A stretch of DNA of 64,000 nucleotides from Nitrospirota bacterium (GCA_963796285.1 CAWCKW010000012.1:800001-864000), one strand, 5' to 3'. Positions 1-8,907 are shown, counted from the stretch's first letter. Numbers and translations are program-made. The notes: a model not told the origin generated them from the sequence alone.

Positions 1-772
1 CGATCTCCTCTATGCAGGCCATCTTGAGCCCCTGCCTTTTTTCGATGGTGGCAATGAACTCACCTGCCTCAAGAAGGCTTTCATGCGTTCCCGTATCAAG
101 CCACGCATATCCCCTTCCCAGGAGTTCGACGCGGAGCTTGTTCTTTTCTAGATAGGTTTTAATGACATCAGCAATCTCGAGCTCTCCTCGCCATGATGGT
201 TTGACGCTCTTGGCGATCGGGACCACTGTGTTGTCGAAGAAATACAGGCCCGTCACTGCATACTTCGATTTCGGCTGTTTTGGTTTCTCTTCTACAGAAA
301 GTACCTTCCCCTGCTTGTCGAACTCCACAATGCCGTACCGTTCGGGGTCCTTTACATAATAGCCGAACACCGTGGCGCCGCCCGATGAATTCACGTCACT
401 CACCGCTTTGCCCAGCATTTCCGTGAGACCGTGTCCAAAAAAGATATTATCTCCCAGCACGAGGCAGACAGTATCGTTACTGATAAAGTCTTCACCGATG
501 ATGAATGCCTCAGCGAGGCCATTCGGCTGTAATTGTTCCTTGTACGAAAAGCGCAATCCGAGGTCGGTGCCGTTACCAAAAATATCTTTAAACCTCGGCA
601 AGTCAATGGGCGTCGAAATGATCAAAATGTCCCGTATACCAGCAAGCATGAGCACTGAAAGCGGGTAATAGATCATGGGCTTGTCGTAGATCGGGAGAAG
701 TTGTTTACAGACACCCCGGGTGAGGGGATAGAGCCGTGTCCCGCTGCCGCCTGCCAAGATGATGCCTTTCAT
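1..772 (-). CDS. rfbA: Glucose-1-phosphate thymidylyltransferase (3' end outside window)
   Basis: Own translation from ATG at 772: [45 protein letters not shown]...RGELEI...WLDTGT; AGGAGG RBS upstream. Absent from ORF track because it runs off the edge. Confidence 0.95.
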   Translation of the reverse strand, partial: MKGIILAGGSGTRLYPLTRGVCKQLLPIYDKPMIYYPLSVLMLAGIRDILIISTPIDLPRFKDIFGNGTDLGLRFSYKEQLQPNGLAEAFIIGEDFISNDTVCLVLGDNIFFGHGLTEMLGKAVSDVNSSGGATVFGYYVKDPERYGIVEFDKQGKVLSVEEKPKQPKSKYAVTGLYFFDNTVVPIAKSVKPSWRGELEIADVIKTYLEKNKLRVELLGRGYAWLDTGTHESLLEAGEFIATIEKRQGLKMACIEEI

Positions 773-886
773 GGGTCTGCTCCTCCTGAAAGTATGAAAT
801 ACCAAAGTAAAGCGTTCGAAGTTTCATGTGAAAATTTAAAACCGTTTCAAGAGGGAAATGGATCATAGTCCCTTTGTCCTCCGGAC

Positions 887-1885
887 CTATGTACCTTGTA
901 TTATTCTTTGTTTCAATTCTTCAGGTTTAACAGTGGACGTTCCTACAATTCCGACGACGATCCCCGCTGCATAATTTGAGATCCTGGCGGCATCCACCAT
1001 ACTTGCTCCTGATGCCATGGCGAGCGTGAGCGTACTGATGACTGTATCTCCGGCGCCGGTGACATCGAAGACCTCGCGTGCAACAGTCGGGATGTGGGTC
1101 ACCTTGCCTATGTGGTCAAAGAGGCTCATCCCCTGTTCTCCGCGGGTGATCAGTACGGCATCACACTTCAGCCGCTTGAGCAGAAGCTTACCAGCTTTGA
1201 GCAGGGATTGTTCATTGTCGATTTCTATTTTTGATCCGATGGAGGCTTCCGTGATATTCGGGGTAAGGATGGTAACGCCGCTGTACATGCCGAAGTGGCT
1301 TACTTTGGGGTCCACGGTCACAATTACCCTGTGTTTTTTTGCTAGCCTCACGATGTCCCGCACGAGGCCACTGGTGACCACGCCTTTGCAGTAATCCGAG
1401 AGCACAATTGCATCAAGTCCCTCGTTCAGCTGCTTTCCTACGTAATCAAATATCCGGCGATGGGTGTCCCGCTCAATCCGTTCCTTTGTCTCGCGGTCGA
1501 ATCTTACAACCTGCTGGCTATGCGCTATGACGCGTGTCTTGATCGTTGTAGGCCTTGCCGAATCAACGATGAGGCCTTCGGTGCGAATCCCCTGTTCATG
1601 CAGCAGATGAAGAAGCTGTTTACCGGCTGCATCTTGTCCGATCACACCGCAGACGCTCACAAAGCCGCCAAGCGAATGGATGTTGTTCACCACATTCGTC
1701 GCGCCACCCAGGAGCAAACTTTCCCGCGTGACATTCACAACGGGCACCGGCGCCTCAGGCGATATGCGTGAAACCTTTCCCCAGATATAATGGTCGAGGA
1801 CGACGTCTCCGACAACGAGAACCCGGGCAGCTGAAAAACGATCAACGTAATTTGTAAGACGCTTGATGTCCTTTTTAGAGATCAT
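887..1885 (-). CDS. rfaE1: D-glycero-beta-D-manno-heptose-7-phosphate kinase (RfaE domain I / HldA, PfkB family)
   Basis: VLVVGDVVLDHY, RISPEAPVPVV, LSDYCKG, DVTGAGDTV motifs. Confidence 0.93.
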   Translation of the reverse strand: MISKKDIKRLTNYVDRFSAARVLVVGDVVLDHYIWGKVSRISPEAPVPVVNVTRESLLLGGATNVVNNIHSLGGFVSVCGVIGQDAAGKQLLHLLHEQGIRTEGLIVDSARPTTIKTRVIAHSQQVVRFDRETKERIERDTHRRIFDYVGKQLNEGLDAIVLSDYCKGVVTSGLVRDIVRLAKKHRVIVTVDPKVSHFGMYSGVTILTPNITEASIGSKIEIDNEQSLLKAGKLLLKRLKCDAVLITRGEQGMSLFDHIGKVTHIPTVAREVFDVTGAGDTVISTLTLAMASGASMVDAARISNYAAGIVVGIVGTSTVKPEELKQRIIQGT

Positions 1886-1952
1886 AGTTTGTCATTTTCC
1901 ATATTCACTCGCGGTACGCATGGCCAGAATGGACCGATGGATATCGTGTTCT

Positions 1953-2963
1953 TTAAGGGCATTTTTGCAGCACCTGTCCAACAGCCTTGAAAACCTCATC
2001 CACCGAAATATCCGCCATGCATGCTCGGGTGCCGATGGGACAGTTTTTTTCTTCGCAAGGAACGCAGGCGAGTCCCCTCCTAATGACCTGGTGTCCCTTG
2101 CCTATTGGTCCGGTGCGTCGGGGGTCGGTTGAACCGAAAAGCCCCACAACAGGTGTTTGCACCGCGGTCGCGAGATGCAGTGGACCGGTGTCGGCGCTTA
2201 CCAGACAGTTGCATCGGGCCAGCAATGCCGCAGAATCCGAAATAGAAAGATCACCTGCGGCGGAAACCGCCTTTTTTTTCATGTCCGCCATAACGTTCCG
2301 TACCAGTTCTCGGTCCTCGTTTCCACCTACAAAGATCACCTGTGCGTCGAGTTCATCAATCAGCCGGTCGGCCAGTGCCGCAAACCGCTCGGGAAACCAG
2401 TTGCGCGCCGGTCGTGCCGCGCCCACGCTGCAATTCAAAGCAATTAGTGGTCTCTTGTCGTCAATTCTACGCTCCGACAGGAATTGATCAATATTCTTGA
2501 GCGCAGCGGGAGTGACGGGAAGCTCGATATTATCAACAGAACCGTCAATGTCTAGCGAGCTCAACGTTTCAAGGAAATTTTCTGCTGCATGAAGCCGTCG
2601 CGCTACCGCCTTGGACCCCTTCTGTTTCCGATATACAAGGATATGTCGTGCACCGGACAGCAATCGAAGCACCATCGAGCGCAAAGACGGTTGCATATCA
2701 ATAAAAAGGTCATAGTGCTCGTCTCTGATCCGCACACCGAAGTCGATAAAGTCCATCAAATGCCTTTTAAACTTCGCTTTATCGAATACCAGGACACGGT
2801 CCGCGACAGGCGTTCCCTGAATGAGCGATTCTAATCCGGGAGAGACCACGACGGTGACATGCGCTGAAGGGAATTTCGTTCGTAATGCTTTCAGAGTCGG
2901 AAGCGTATGAAGTAGGTCTCCAATCGCTCCCGGTTTGAAAAAAAGCACTTTTTTCATTTCCAT
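1953..2963 (-). CDS. GT9 family glycosyltransferase (LPS heptosyltransferase-like)
   Basis: KPGAIGDLL and DTGPLHLA...LFGSTDP motifs; start placed at ATG 2963 (or 2957) because a consensus promoter lies at 2973-3001. Confidence 0.88.
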   Translation of the reverse strand: MEMKKVLFFKPGAIGDLLHTLPTLKALRTKFPSAHVTVVVSPGLESLIQGTPVADRVLVFDKAKFKRHLMDFIDFGVRIRDEHYDLFIDMQPSLRSMVLRLLSGARHILVYRKQKGSKAVARRLHAAENFLETLSSLDIDGSVDNIELPVTPAALKNIDQFLSERRIDDKRPLIALNCSVGAARPARNWFPERFAALADRLIDELDAQVIFVGGNEDRELVRNVMADMKKKAVSAAGDLSISDSAALLARCNCLVSADTGPLHLATAVQTPVVGLFGSTDPRRTGPIGKGHQVIRRGLACVPCEEKNCPIGTRACMADISVDEVFKAVGQVLQKCP

Positions 2964-2972
2964 TTTCCACTC

Positions 2973-3001
2973 ATTATATGTTAGTGCCCTGAATTTGTAA
3001 A
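2973..3001 (-). promoter_or_regulatory. Sigma70-type promoter for the GT9 gene
   Basis: TTTACA-N17-TATAAT on minus strand. Confidence 0.7.
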
Positions 3002-3095
3002 GATATTTTTGGAAATCAGTAGACAGGGAGTGCTGGACCACAAGCTGTATGAGGCAAATCATATCGGTCTCAATGCGAATCGTTTATAAATATAC

Positions 3096-3124
3096 TTGAA
3101 ATCATCGAGAAGAGCGAGTACTAT
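3096..3124 (+). promoter_or_regulatory. Sigma70-type promoter for ferredoxin
   Basis: TTGAAA-N17-TACTAT. Confidence 0.55.
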
Positions 3125-3221
3125 TTAATCGGTTGAGCTGAGAGATCATCGCGAGAAACCCGAATGCGAACCCGGTTCGATCCTGTAATTATTATTTTTG
3201 CAAGAAAGGATGGATATACCT

Positions 3222-3404
3222 ATGGCTACTCCAAAAGTTGACATGGATCTTTGTATCGGGTGCGGACTTTGCTCTGATCTCTGCCCGAAGGTTTTCGAGC
3301 TCAGGGACGACAAGGCATGGGTCACAAATCCGAATGCCTGCGATACCTGCGATTGTCAGCAGGCCGTGGACAGCTGTCCCGTCACCGCAATTTCATTGGA
3401 ATAG
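3222..3404 (+). CDS. Small [4Fe-4S]/[3Fe-4S] ferredoxin
   Basis: CIGCGLCSDLCP...CPVTAI, 60 aa from ATG 3222. Confidence 0.9.
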   Translation: MATPKVDMDLCIGCGLCSDLCPKVFELRDDKAWVTNPNACDTCDCQQAVDSCPVTAISLE

Positions 3405-3429
3405 TAATCAACTCTGTTGCATCCTCTTC

Positions 3430-3458
3430 GAGGGGCGGTCAAGCGCCCCTCTTTCTTT
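3430..3458 (+). terminator. Rho-independent terminator after ferredoxin
   Basis: GAGGGGCG-gtcaag-CGCCCCTC followed by TTTCTTT. Confidence 0.8.
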
Positions 3459-3536
3459 AGAATTGTCAATACCTCGTCCTCTGTCTTACATAGTGGCATA
3501 GGGGAGACGTTTTCATGACGTAATTCCAGAATAATA

Positions 3537-3565
3537 TTGACATTGCCATATATTTTTGTTATTCT
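3537..3565 (+). promoter_or_regulatory. Sigma70-type promoter for GGDEF-lipoprotein operon
   Basis: TTGACA-N17-TATTCT with TGn extended -10. Confidence 0.65.
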
Positions 3566-3592
3566 AAAAATGTTTGCAATGGCTTATCAAAC

Positions 3593-4975
3593 ATGACTAT
3601 TCTGATCTCTCCTAAGATACTGGACAAGCTGGTCCCGACAGGCCTTTTTGCACGTCTCAACATCGCTAACAAAATGCTTTTGGGGTACATGACGCTTGTC
3701 GTGCTCACCGTTATTGTCGTTGCCTATGCCCTCATCAGCCTGCAGCGAATCAATACCTTGAACAGAAGCATTGTTAAAGTTGATATTATGGTGGAAGAAT
3801 CATCTGACAAGATGCTTGATGCCCTGCTCGGCCAGGACATGTACGAGAAGCGCTTTTTGATCCTCAAGAGCAAAGATATGATGGACCTCTTTGCGACACG
3901 GGGAAAGGAATTCAATACGTGGTTTACAATACTCAAGGGCCTTCCCGGCGCGTCCGGTCTTCCCATAGAAAAAACTGAGAAACTTTATCGAAAATACACG
4001 GACCTTTTTACCAAAGAGATCCAGTTGATACGATTAAAGAAGGTAGAGCAGGCATACGCTGTCTCGAATAAAGATCTGAGAAGCGTTACCGATAAGCTTA
4101 TCGAAACACTCAAGGCCATCTCCTCAACTGCCAAGGAAAACCAGGACTTGAAAATGAAACAGATATCCGCTATCGGCGGCAGTGCTTTCCAAACAACGGC
4201 GGTTCTCTGCCTGATAAGCATTATTGCAGGAGCTCTGGCTGTGCTTGTCGTTACCCATCACATTTCATCCTCGATCAATAAATTAAAGGAGGCGACCGAG
4301 CGTGTCTCTGAAGGAAACTTTGATTACGATCCAAAAATCACGACAGAAGATGAAATCGGTAATCTTTCCGATGCGTTTTTGGCCATGGGAAAACGGCTCA
4401 GGAAACTCGAGGAAATGTATCTGGATGCCAGCCCCCTGACCCGCCTGCCGGGTGGAATTGCCATCGAGACGGTTCTTAAAAAACGGATCGACTCCAAACA
4501 CCCGCTCGCCTTCTGTGTCCTCGACCTTGACAATTTTAAGGCATTCAACGACCGGTACGGCTATGCAAACGGCAGCGAGGTCATTAAAGAAACCGCAAAG
4601 ATCATCGATAACGTGGTAAAGACCAAAGGCTCTCCCGACGATTTTATCGGACATGTAGGCGGCGATGACTTTGTGGTCATCACTACGCCGGAATTTATGC
4701 GAGAGCTCTCCACCGAAATCATCAACCAATTCGACCGACGCATACCCGATTTCTACGACCGTGAGGAACGAGAGCGGGGCTATATCCTCGGGAAAACGAG
4801 GCAGGGTATAGAGATGGAATTTCCCATCATGAGCATCTCTATTGCAATTGTGACGAATGAACATCGGAAACTCACCAATCACCTGGAAGCTTCGGAGATC
4901 GCCGCCGAGTTGAAAGACTACGCTAAATCGATACCGAAAAGTGTTTTCGTTGTGGACAAAAGGAGGAATGCGTGA
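3593..4975 (+). CDS. Membrane dinucleotide cyclase: TM-periplasmic helical sensor-TM-HAMP-GGDEF
   Basis: Two hydrophobic segments, HAMP (DEIGNLSDAF), DLDNFKAFNDRYG and GHVGGDDF motifs. Confidence 0.9.
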   Translation: MTILISPKILDKLVPTGLFARLNIANKMLLGYMTLVVLTVIVVAYALISLQRINTLNRSIVKVDIMVEESSDKMLDALLGQDMYEKRFLILKSKDMMDLFATRGKEFNTWFTILKGLPGASGLPIEKTEKLYRKYTDLFTKEIQLIRLKKVEQAYAVSNKDLRSVTDKLIETLKAISSTAKENQDLKMKQISAIGGSAFQTTAVLCLISIIAGALAVLVVTHHISSSINKLKEATERVSEGNFDYDPKITTEDEIGNLSDAFLAMGKRLRKLEEMYLDASPLTRLPGGIAIETVLKKRIDSKHPLAFCVLDLDNFKAFNDRYGYANGSEVIKETAKIIDNVVKTKGSPDDFIGHVGGDDFVVITTPEFMRELSTEIINQFDRRIPDFYDREERERGYILGKTRQGIEMEFPIMSISIAIVTNEHRKLTNHLEASEIAAELKDYAKSIPKSVFVVDKRRNA

Positions 4976-5415
4976 AGAAGGTTATTGTACTGCTTGCAGT
5001 AATCTGGTTTGCCGGCTGTGCCACAAAGAGCGTCGTGACCGTGACCGGACCGGAAAAGCAGTTTCAGGATGCGGCCGTCTCCGTGAAAGAAAAACGATTC
5101 AAAGAGGCTGCCGCGGCTTGTAATCAAATCATGGCCGACGCCCCTGACTCCCCACTGGCCGCTGACGCACTGTTCGAGCTTGCCCTCATCAACGCATATC
5201 ATGATAATCCCCAACGGGACTATGCACAGGCAACTCGTACATTTTCGGAATTCCTCAAACGCTATCCTAATAACAGACGAGCGGACGAAGCACAGACCTG
5301 GATTTCAGTACTCAGAACAATCCAGGAGTTAAAAAAACAGAATGAACGTCTCAATGAGAGCATTGAGGAATTAAAACAACTTGATATCAGGCATGAGGAG
5401 AGACGAAGAAAATAG
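4972..5415 (+). CDS. Lipoprotein with TPR/BamD-like repeats and C-terminal coiled coil (QseG-like)
   Basis: Lipobox FAG-C at Cys16, TPR-like AADALFELA/FLKRYP, coiled coil ELKKQNERLNESIEELKQLD; GTGA overlap with upstream stop. Confidence 0.75.
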   Translation: MKKVIVLLAVIWFAGCATKSVVTVTGPEKQFQDAAVSVKEKRFKEAAAACNQIMADAPDSPLAADALFELALINAYHDNPQRDYAQATRTFSEFLKRYPNNRRADEAQTWISVLRTIQELKKQNERLNESIEELKQLDIRHEERRRK

Positions 5416-5417
5416 GC

Positions 5418-6302
5418 TCACTTACGTATTCTTTTTTGTTGTGGTGAGAGATAGGGTTCTAATTCTGCACTGGCCGTGCTTCTCACCTTGCCACCTTCAG
5501 CAAGATAATACGTCCCGCCGTATGGATCCCGTGGTAACTGGCTAATGATATTTTTGTTCACTAACGCATCAATACTTGTTGGGATTTTTCCGTATTTCTT
5601 TTTAAATTCTGTTACCGCGCTTTCAAGATAAAGAATTGACCTCAGCGCCTGGATGCGGGTCTCAAAGCGCTCCTTTATGCTTCTATCGTCGGAATTTTTA
5701 GAAGTCTGTTCTAAAAAATAAATTGCGGTTTCTATGCGATTTTCTTTATAGGCAAGTCGGGCGGCAATGCTTGCTAGCATCGGATCTCCACCGGGCCTGC
5801 GCGACGCTTCCATCAGAAATTCAGCAGATTCGCTGTCATCATTTAGAAAATAAAATTTATTAAACCCGATGAAAAACGGAAGCATCCAGTCCCAGTCCCG
5901 ATAACGGCTCCCCTTTGCCAAGAGAAGGTTCGTCTCTTTTACCATGCCCGCATCCCAAGGCAGGAAAGCGTTCGCATAATAATAGGGATCAAAAAAATAG
6001 GGGTCTAAGTCAGTCGCTGTATCGAGAACCTTCAAAAGCCATTGCCATTCCCATTCTTTAACCGGGTTTTTCCCCTTTCTTTGCTGTGTCGTACCAATGA
6101 AGACCATTGAATTAAGAAAATAAACGTCTGACGCAAGACCGCGGAACTCAAGAGCGGCTATTTTTATCAACGACGAAGGCAAAACAACTGACTGATCTGT
6201 TTCTTGAGGTAGTATTTTATATGAGTCAGACGCTTTACTGAGCGAGGTGATATGAAGAAATACAGCAAAGATTAGGAACAGAACAGTGGTCAGCGTGCGC
6301 AT
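5418..6302 (-). CDS. Pilus-associated membrane protein (PilG/XapA-like)
   Basis: N-terminal TM, helical TPR-like body (LDPYFFDPYYYA), C-terminal pseudopilin-like LPRDPYGGTY; TAATG coupling to upstream permease. Confidence 0.65.
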   Translation of the reverse strand: MRTLTTVLFLIFAVFLHITSLSKASDSYKILPQETDQSVVLPSSLIKIAALEFRGLASDVYFLNSMVFIGTTQQRKGKNPVKEWEWQWLLKVLDTATDLDPYFFDPYYYANAFLPWDAGMVKETNLLLAKGSRYRDWDWMLPFFIGFNKFYFLNDDSESAEFLMEASRRPGGDPMLASIAARLAYKENRIETAIYFLEQTSKNSDDRSIKERFETRIQALRSILYLESAVTEFKKKYGKIPTSIDALVNKNIISQLPRDPYGGTYYLAEGGKVRSTASAELEPYLSPQQKRIRK

Positions 6303-7114
6303 TACGGGAACTCCTTCTTCCCGAAGATAAGCGCTGCCAGAGTGATCGATAATGTTATGTAGACGATGCCATATACCGTAGTCCACAAAACAAAAGACGG
6401 GGTAACCGTGAGGGCGTGGGCAGCCTGAAGTTTAATGTCGAAGAGGGAAAGGTTGGGAAAGACATAATATGCCGCCTTGACCATATTCAAGGTCACGGGA
6501 GAAACGGTAAAGCCTATTGCCTGGGGCGAGGATTCCACAAGTGCCTTGACGCCGCTTATAGATTGGCCGATGATATACGTAATTATTGTCAGGACCAGCG
6601 TGACAAACGAAGATGTCGTAAAAGAGGCGAAGAAAAAACTGATGGCAGACAGCAGGATCAGCATGAGCATGTTGAATAATATGGCAAGCGTAATAAGAGA
6701 CAATGAAAATCTCGCAAAATATTCGGCATGCGTGGATTTTAAAAGAACGATATCTGCCATTGCCATTAAGCTCAAGGCGCTCATGGTTACGATGATCAGG
6801 AGGGCCATACCGAGAAATTTGCCGAATATGTATTGGGAACGCGAAATCGGCCTTGATAAGACCGTATAAATCGTGCGCTTATCGAGATCCTTTGCCATGA
6901 GGTTGATCCCCACAAAAAAGACAAGGAGCAATCCGGTAAATGATATCGTAGAAAGAGCCATGTCGACGGTCACTTTGCCTACTTCTCTCGGGATCATGGT
7001 TGCGATCAATGCCGTTGCACCAAAAAGTATGAGCGCGATGAGCGTAATTCCATACAAGGCCTTGTTTCTGATGCCTTCTTTGAAGGTAATGAGCGCTATG
7101 GGCCAGAGAGTCAT
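6302..7114 (-). CDS. ABC transporter permease (PilI/XapB-like)
   Basis: About six TM segments, DLDKRTIYTVLSRPISR motif, position after pilin-linked ATPase. Confidence 0.82.
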   Translation of the reverse strand: MTLWPIALITFKEGIRNKALYGITLIALILFGATALIATMIPREVGKVTVDMALSTISFTGLLLVFFVGINLMAKDLDKRTIYTVLSRPISRSQYIFGKFLGMALLIIVTMSALSLMAMADIVLLKSTHAEYFARFSLSLITLAILFNMLMLILLSAISFFFASFTTSSFVTLVLTIITYIIGQSISGVKALVESSPQAIGFTVSPVTLNMVKAAYYVFPNLSLFDIKLQAAHALTVTPSFVLWTTVYGIVYITLSITLAALIFGKKEFP

Positions 7115-7854
7115 AATGAAGTCTCTTTTCCCGATGCCGCGACTTCCCTCATGAACACCGCTTCCAGATTTTTTCCATCAGACAGCAAATTGCTCAGCGT
7201 ATCGACAAGTCTGAGCTTACCGCCGATGATGATTCCTGCACGGTCGCTGAACCGTTCTATATCATTCAGAATGTGAGAGGAGAAAAAAACAGTCTTTCCC
7301 TGTCCTTTCAACTCAACCAGGAGATCACCTACCATCTTCCTGCCGATGGGGTCGAGTCCGCTCATGGGCTCATCAAGAATAATTACATCAGGATTATGGA
7401 CCAGTGCCAAAGCCAATCCCGCCCTCTGCAGCATTCCTTTTGAATAAGTTCTTAACGGCCTCTTCCTGGCGTTCTGCAGACCGACTTTCTTGATGAGCAA
7501 ATCAGACTGTTCCCGGATACTCTTCGAATCCATACCGGATGTTTTTCCGCCAAACCACAACAGCTCGTCTGCGGTCAGATAATCATAGAAATAAGGGTTT
7601 TCGGGAAGATATCCAACCAGTCTGCGGGCTTCTGTATCACGCACGTCTTTGCCCCTGATTTCCGCCTTGCCGGTATCAGAAAAAATAAGATTCATCAGTA
7701 TCTTGATGGTCGTTGATTTACCCGCGCCGTTCGGACCAAGAAATCCGAACACCTCTCCGTGCTTAATCTCAAGATCAAGTCCCTCCAGCGCCCTTATTTT
7801 TTTCCCGGTAATGCCTTCTTTGAATTCTTTTGATATTCCTTGAATATTGATCAT
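7111..7854 (-). CDS. ABC transporter ATP-binding protein (PilH/XapD-like)
   Basis: Walker A GPNGAGKST, signature YSKGM, Walker B IILDEP, H-loop SSH. Confidence 0.92.
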   Translation of the reverse strand: MINIQGISKEFKEGITGKKIRALEGLDLEIKHGEVFGFLGPNGAGKSTTIKILMNLIFSDTGKAEIRGKDVRDTEARRLVGYLPENPYFYDYLTADELLWFGGKTSGMDSKSIREQSDLLIKKVGLQNARKRPLRTYSKGMLQRAGLALALVHNPDVIILDEPMSGLDPIGRKMVGDLLVELKGQGKTVFFSSHILNDIERFSDRAGIIIGGKLRLVDTLSNLLSDGKNLEAVFMREVAASGKETSL

Positions 7855-7933
7855 GAGCGGTTATCCGTAGTTTTAAGATTAGAAAATAGAAATGAAATCC
7901 GGGGAATAGCAAACTATCGCTGTTAGACTTTGT

Positions 7934-7962
7934 ATTATATATTATGAGGAACATGCTGTCAA
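7934..7962 (-). promoter_or_regulatory. Perfect consensus sigma70 promoter for the ABC/PilG-like genes
   Basis: TTGACA-N17-TATAAT exactly, minus strand. Confidence 0.8.
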
Positions 7963-7990
7963 GAAAAAGGCCGGGGGATTCCCGGCCTTT
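7961..7990 (-). terminator. Rho-independent terminator after pilA
   Basis: AAAGGCCGGG-aatcc-CCCGGCCTTT then TTCTT on minus strand. Confidence 0.85.
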
Positions 7991-8028
7991 AGTAATAAAC
8001 AAAACTTAAACATCTTTTATTACAACTC

Positions 8029-8636
8029 TTACAATGCACCCCAAATTTTGAGACCCGAACCGTCTGCCAGCCCGTTGCAGACATCTGAACCACCTATACC
8101 AAGAAAATCGCTGGTGGTAGCGGAAGCGACAGGGGCAGGCACAGCAGCATTAGTAAAGGTTCCTGCAACTGCGCCATTGATCCAATAAATGGGGGTAAAG
8201 TCGGAATCAGCACCGAAGCATCTGTCACCGCTCGAGTTTTTCGATACCATGGTAAATGTTCCCCCGTTAGCAGAGGTGGCTATTACGAGATTCACGTTCT
8301 GAGAAATGCCGGTATTAAATGTTGTATCTGCGCTCGGAGCAGTCGCTGAAATTGTGTTTTTTACGACAGTGGCCTGTGGGTTCGCGGAAGTATTCGAGAG
8401 AACAAGCGCCAACTACCAGGAGTACCATCAGCCTTACTCGAGGAATATACCTGCCAGTCAGAGAAGAACGACTCCATAGCTGTGCGCGCATTACGCAAGT
8501 CAGCAGTAGCAGCCGCGTTGTAACCTTTAATACGATAAGCGCTGAACTGCGGGATGGCGATGGCCGCCAAAATGGCGATGATGGCCACCACGATCAGGAG
8601 TTCGATAAGGGTAAAACCTTTTTTATTCATCTTCAT
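8029..8636 (-). CDS. pilA: Type IVa major pilin (one frameshift near 8412)
   Basis: KKG|FTLIELLIVVAIIAILAAIAIPQF prepilin motif with E5; GGAGG RBS; C-terminal domain with two Cys lies in a second frame (8029-8412). Confidence 0.88.
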
Positions 8637-8781
8637 TGTATTACCTCCCATAAAAAAATAGTTTAACTTCCATTTACTGTTGTTTGTCACAAATATAATT
8701 CAACTTAAGGCCTCTTATGGGATGTCTCACCTCCTTTCAAAGGACTCAAGTTTTTATCCATCGGATTTCGCTATTATGATT

Positions 8782-8797
8782 TGCAGATTGTATGCCA
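8782..8797 (-). promoter_or_regulatory. Sigma54 (-24/-12) promoter of pilA
   Basis: TGGCAT-ACAAT-CTGCA, GG-N10-GC spacing exact; pilA is sigma54/PilR-dependent in Pseudomonas, Myxococcus and Geobacter. Confidence 0.8.
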
Positions 8798-8839
8798 TAA
8801 TATATCCTTGTATTATTCAATTAGGTTTGAACAATTTAC

Positions 8840-8907
8840 GACAATAATGACCATAATTGTCACAACTAATGACAATAATATGTCAGTGTGTGGACTATTG
8901 ACAATAG
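8840..8907. promoter_or_regulatory. Repeated GACA/TGTC motifs, candidate PilR-type enhancer
   Basis: GACAAT...ATTGTC (8840-8861), TGACA-ATAATA-TGTCA (8870-8885), palindrome CTATTG-A-CAATAG (8895-8907) upstream of the sigma54 site. Confidence 0.5.

Noticed and set aside
8700-8765. GEMM-I (c-di-GMP/cGAMP) riboswitch in the pilA leader, suggested by a possible GAAA-capped stem and GGCCTTAA
   Set aside because: Lacks the conserved GCAAA junction and a closing P1 helix; would need an Rfam cmsearch hit.
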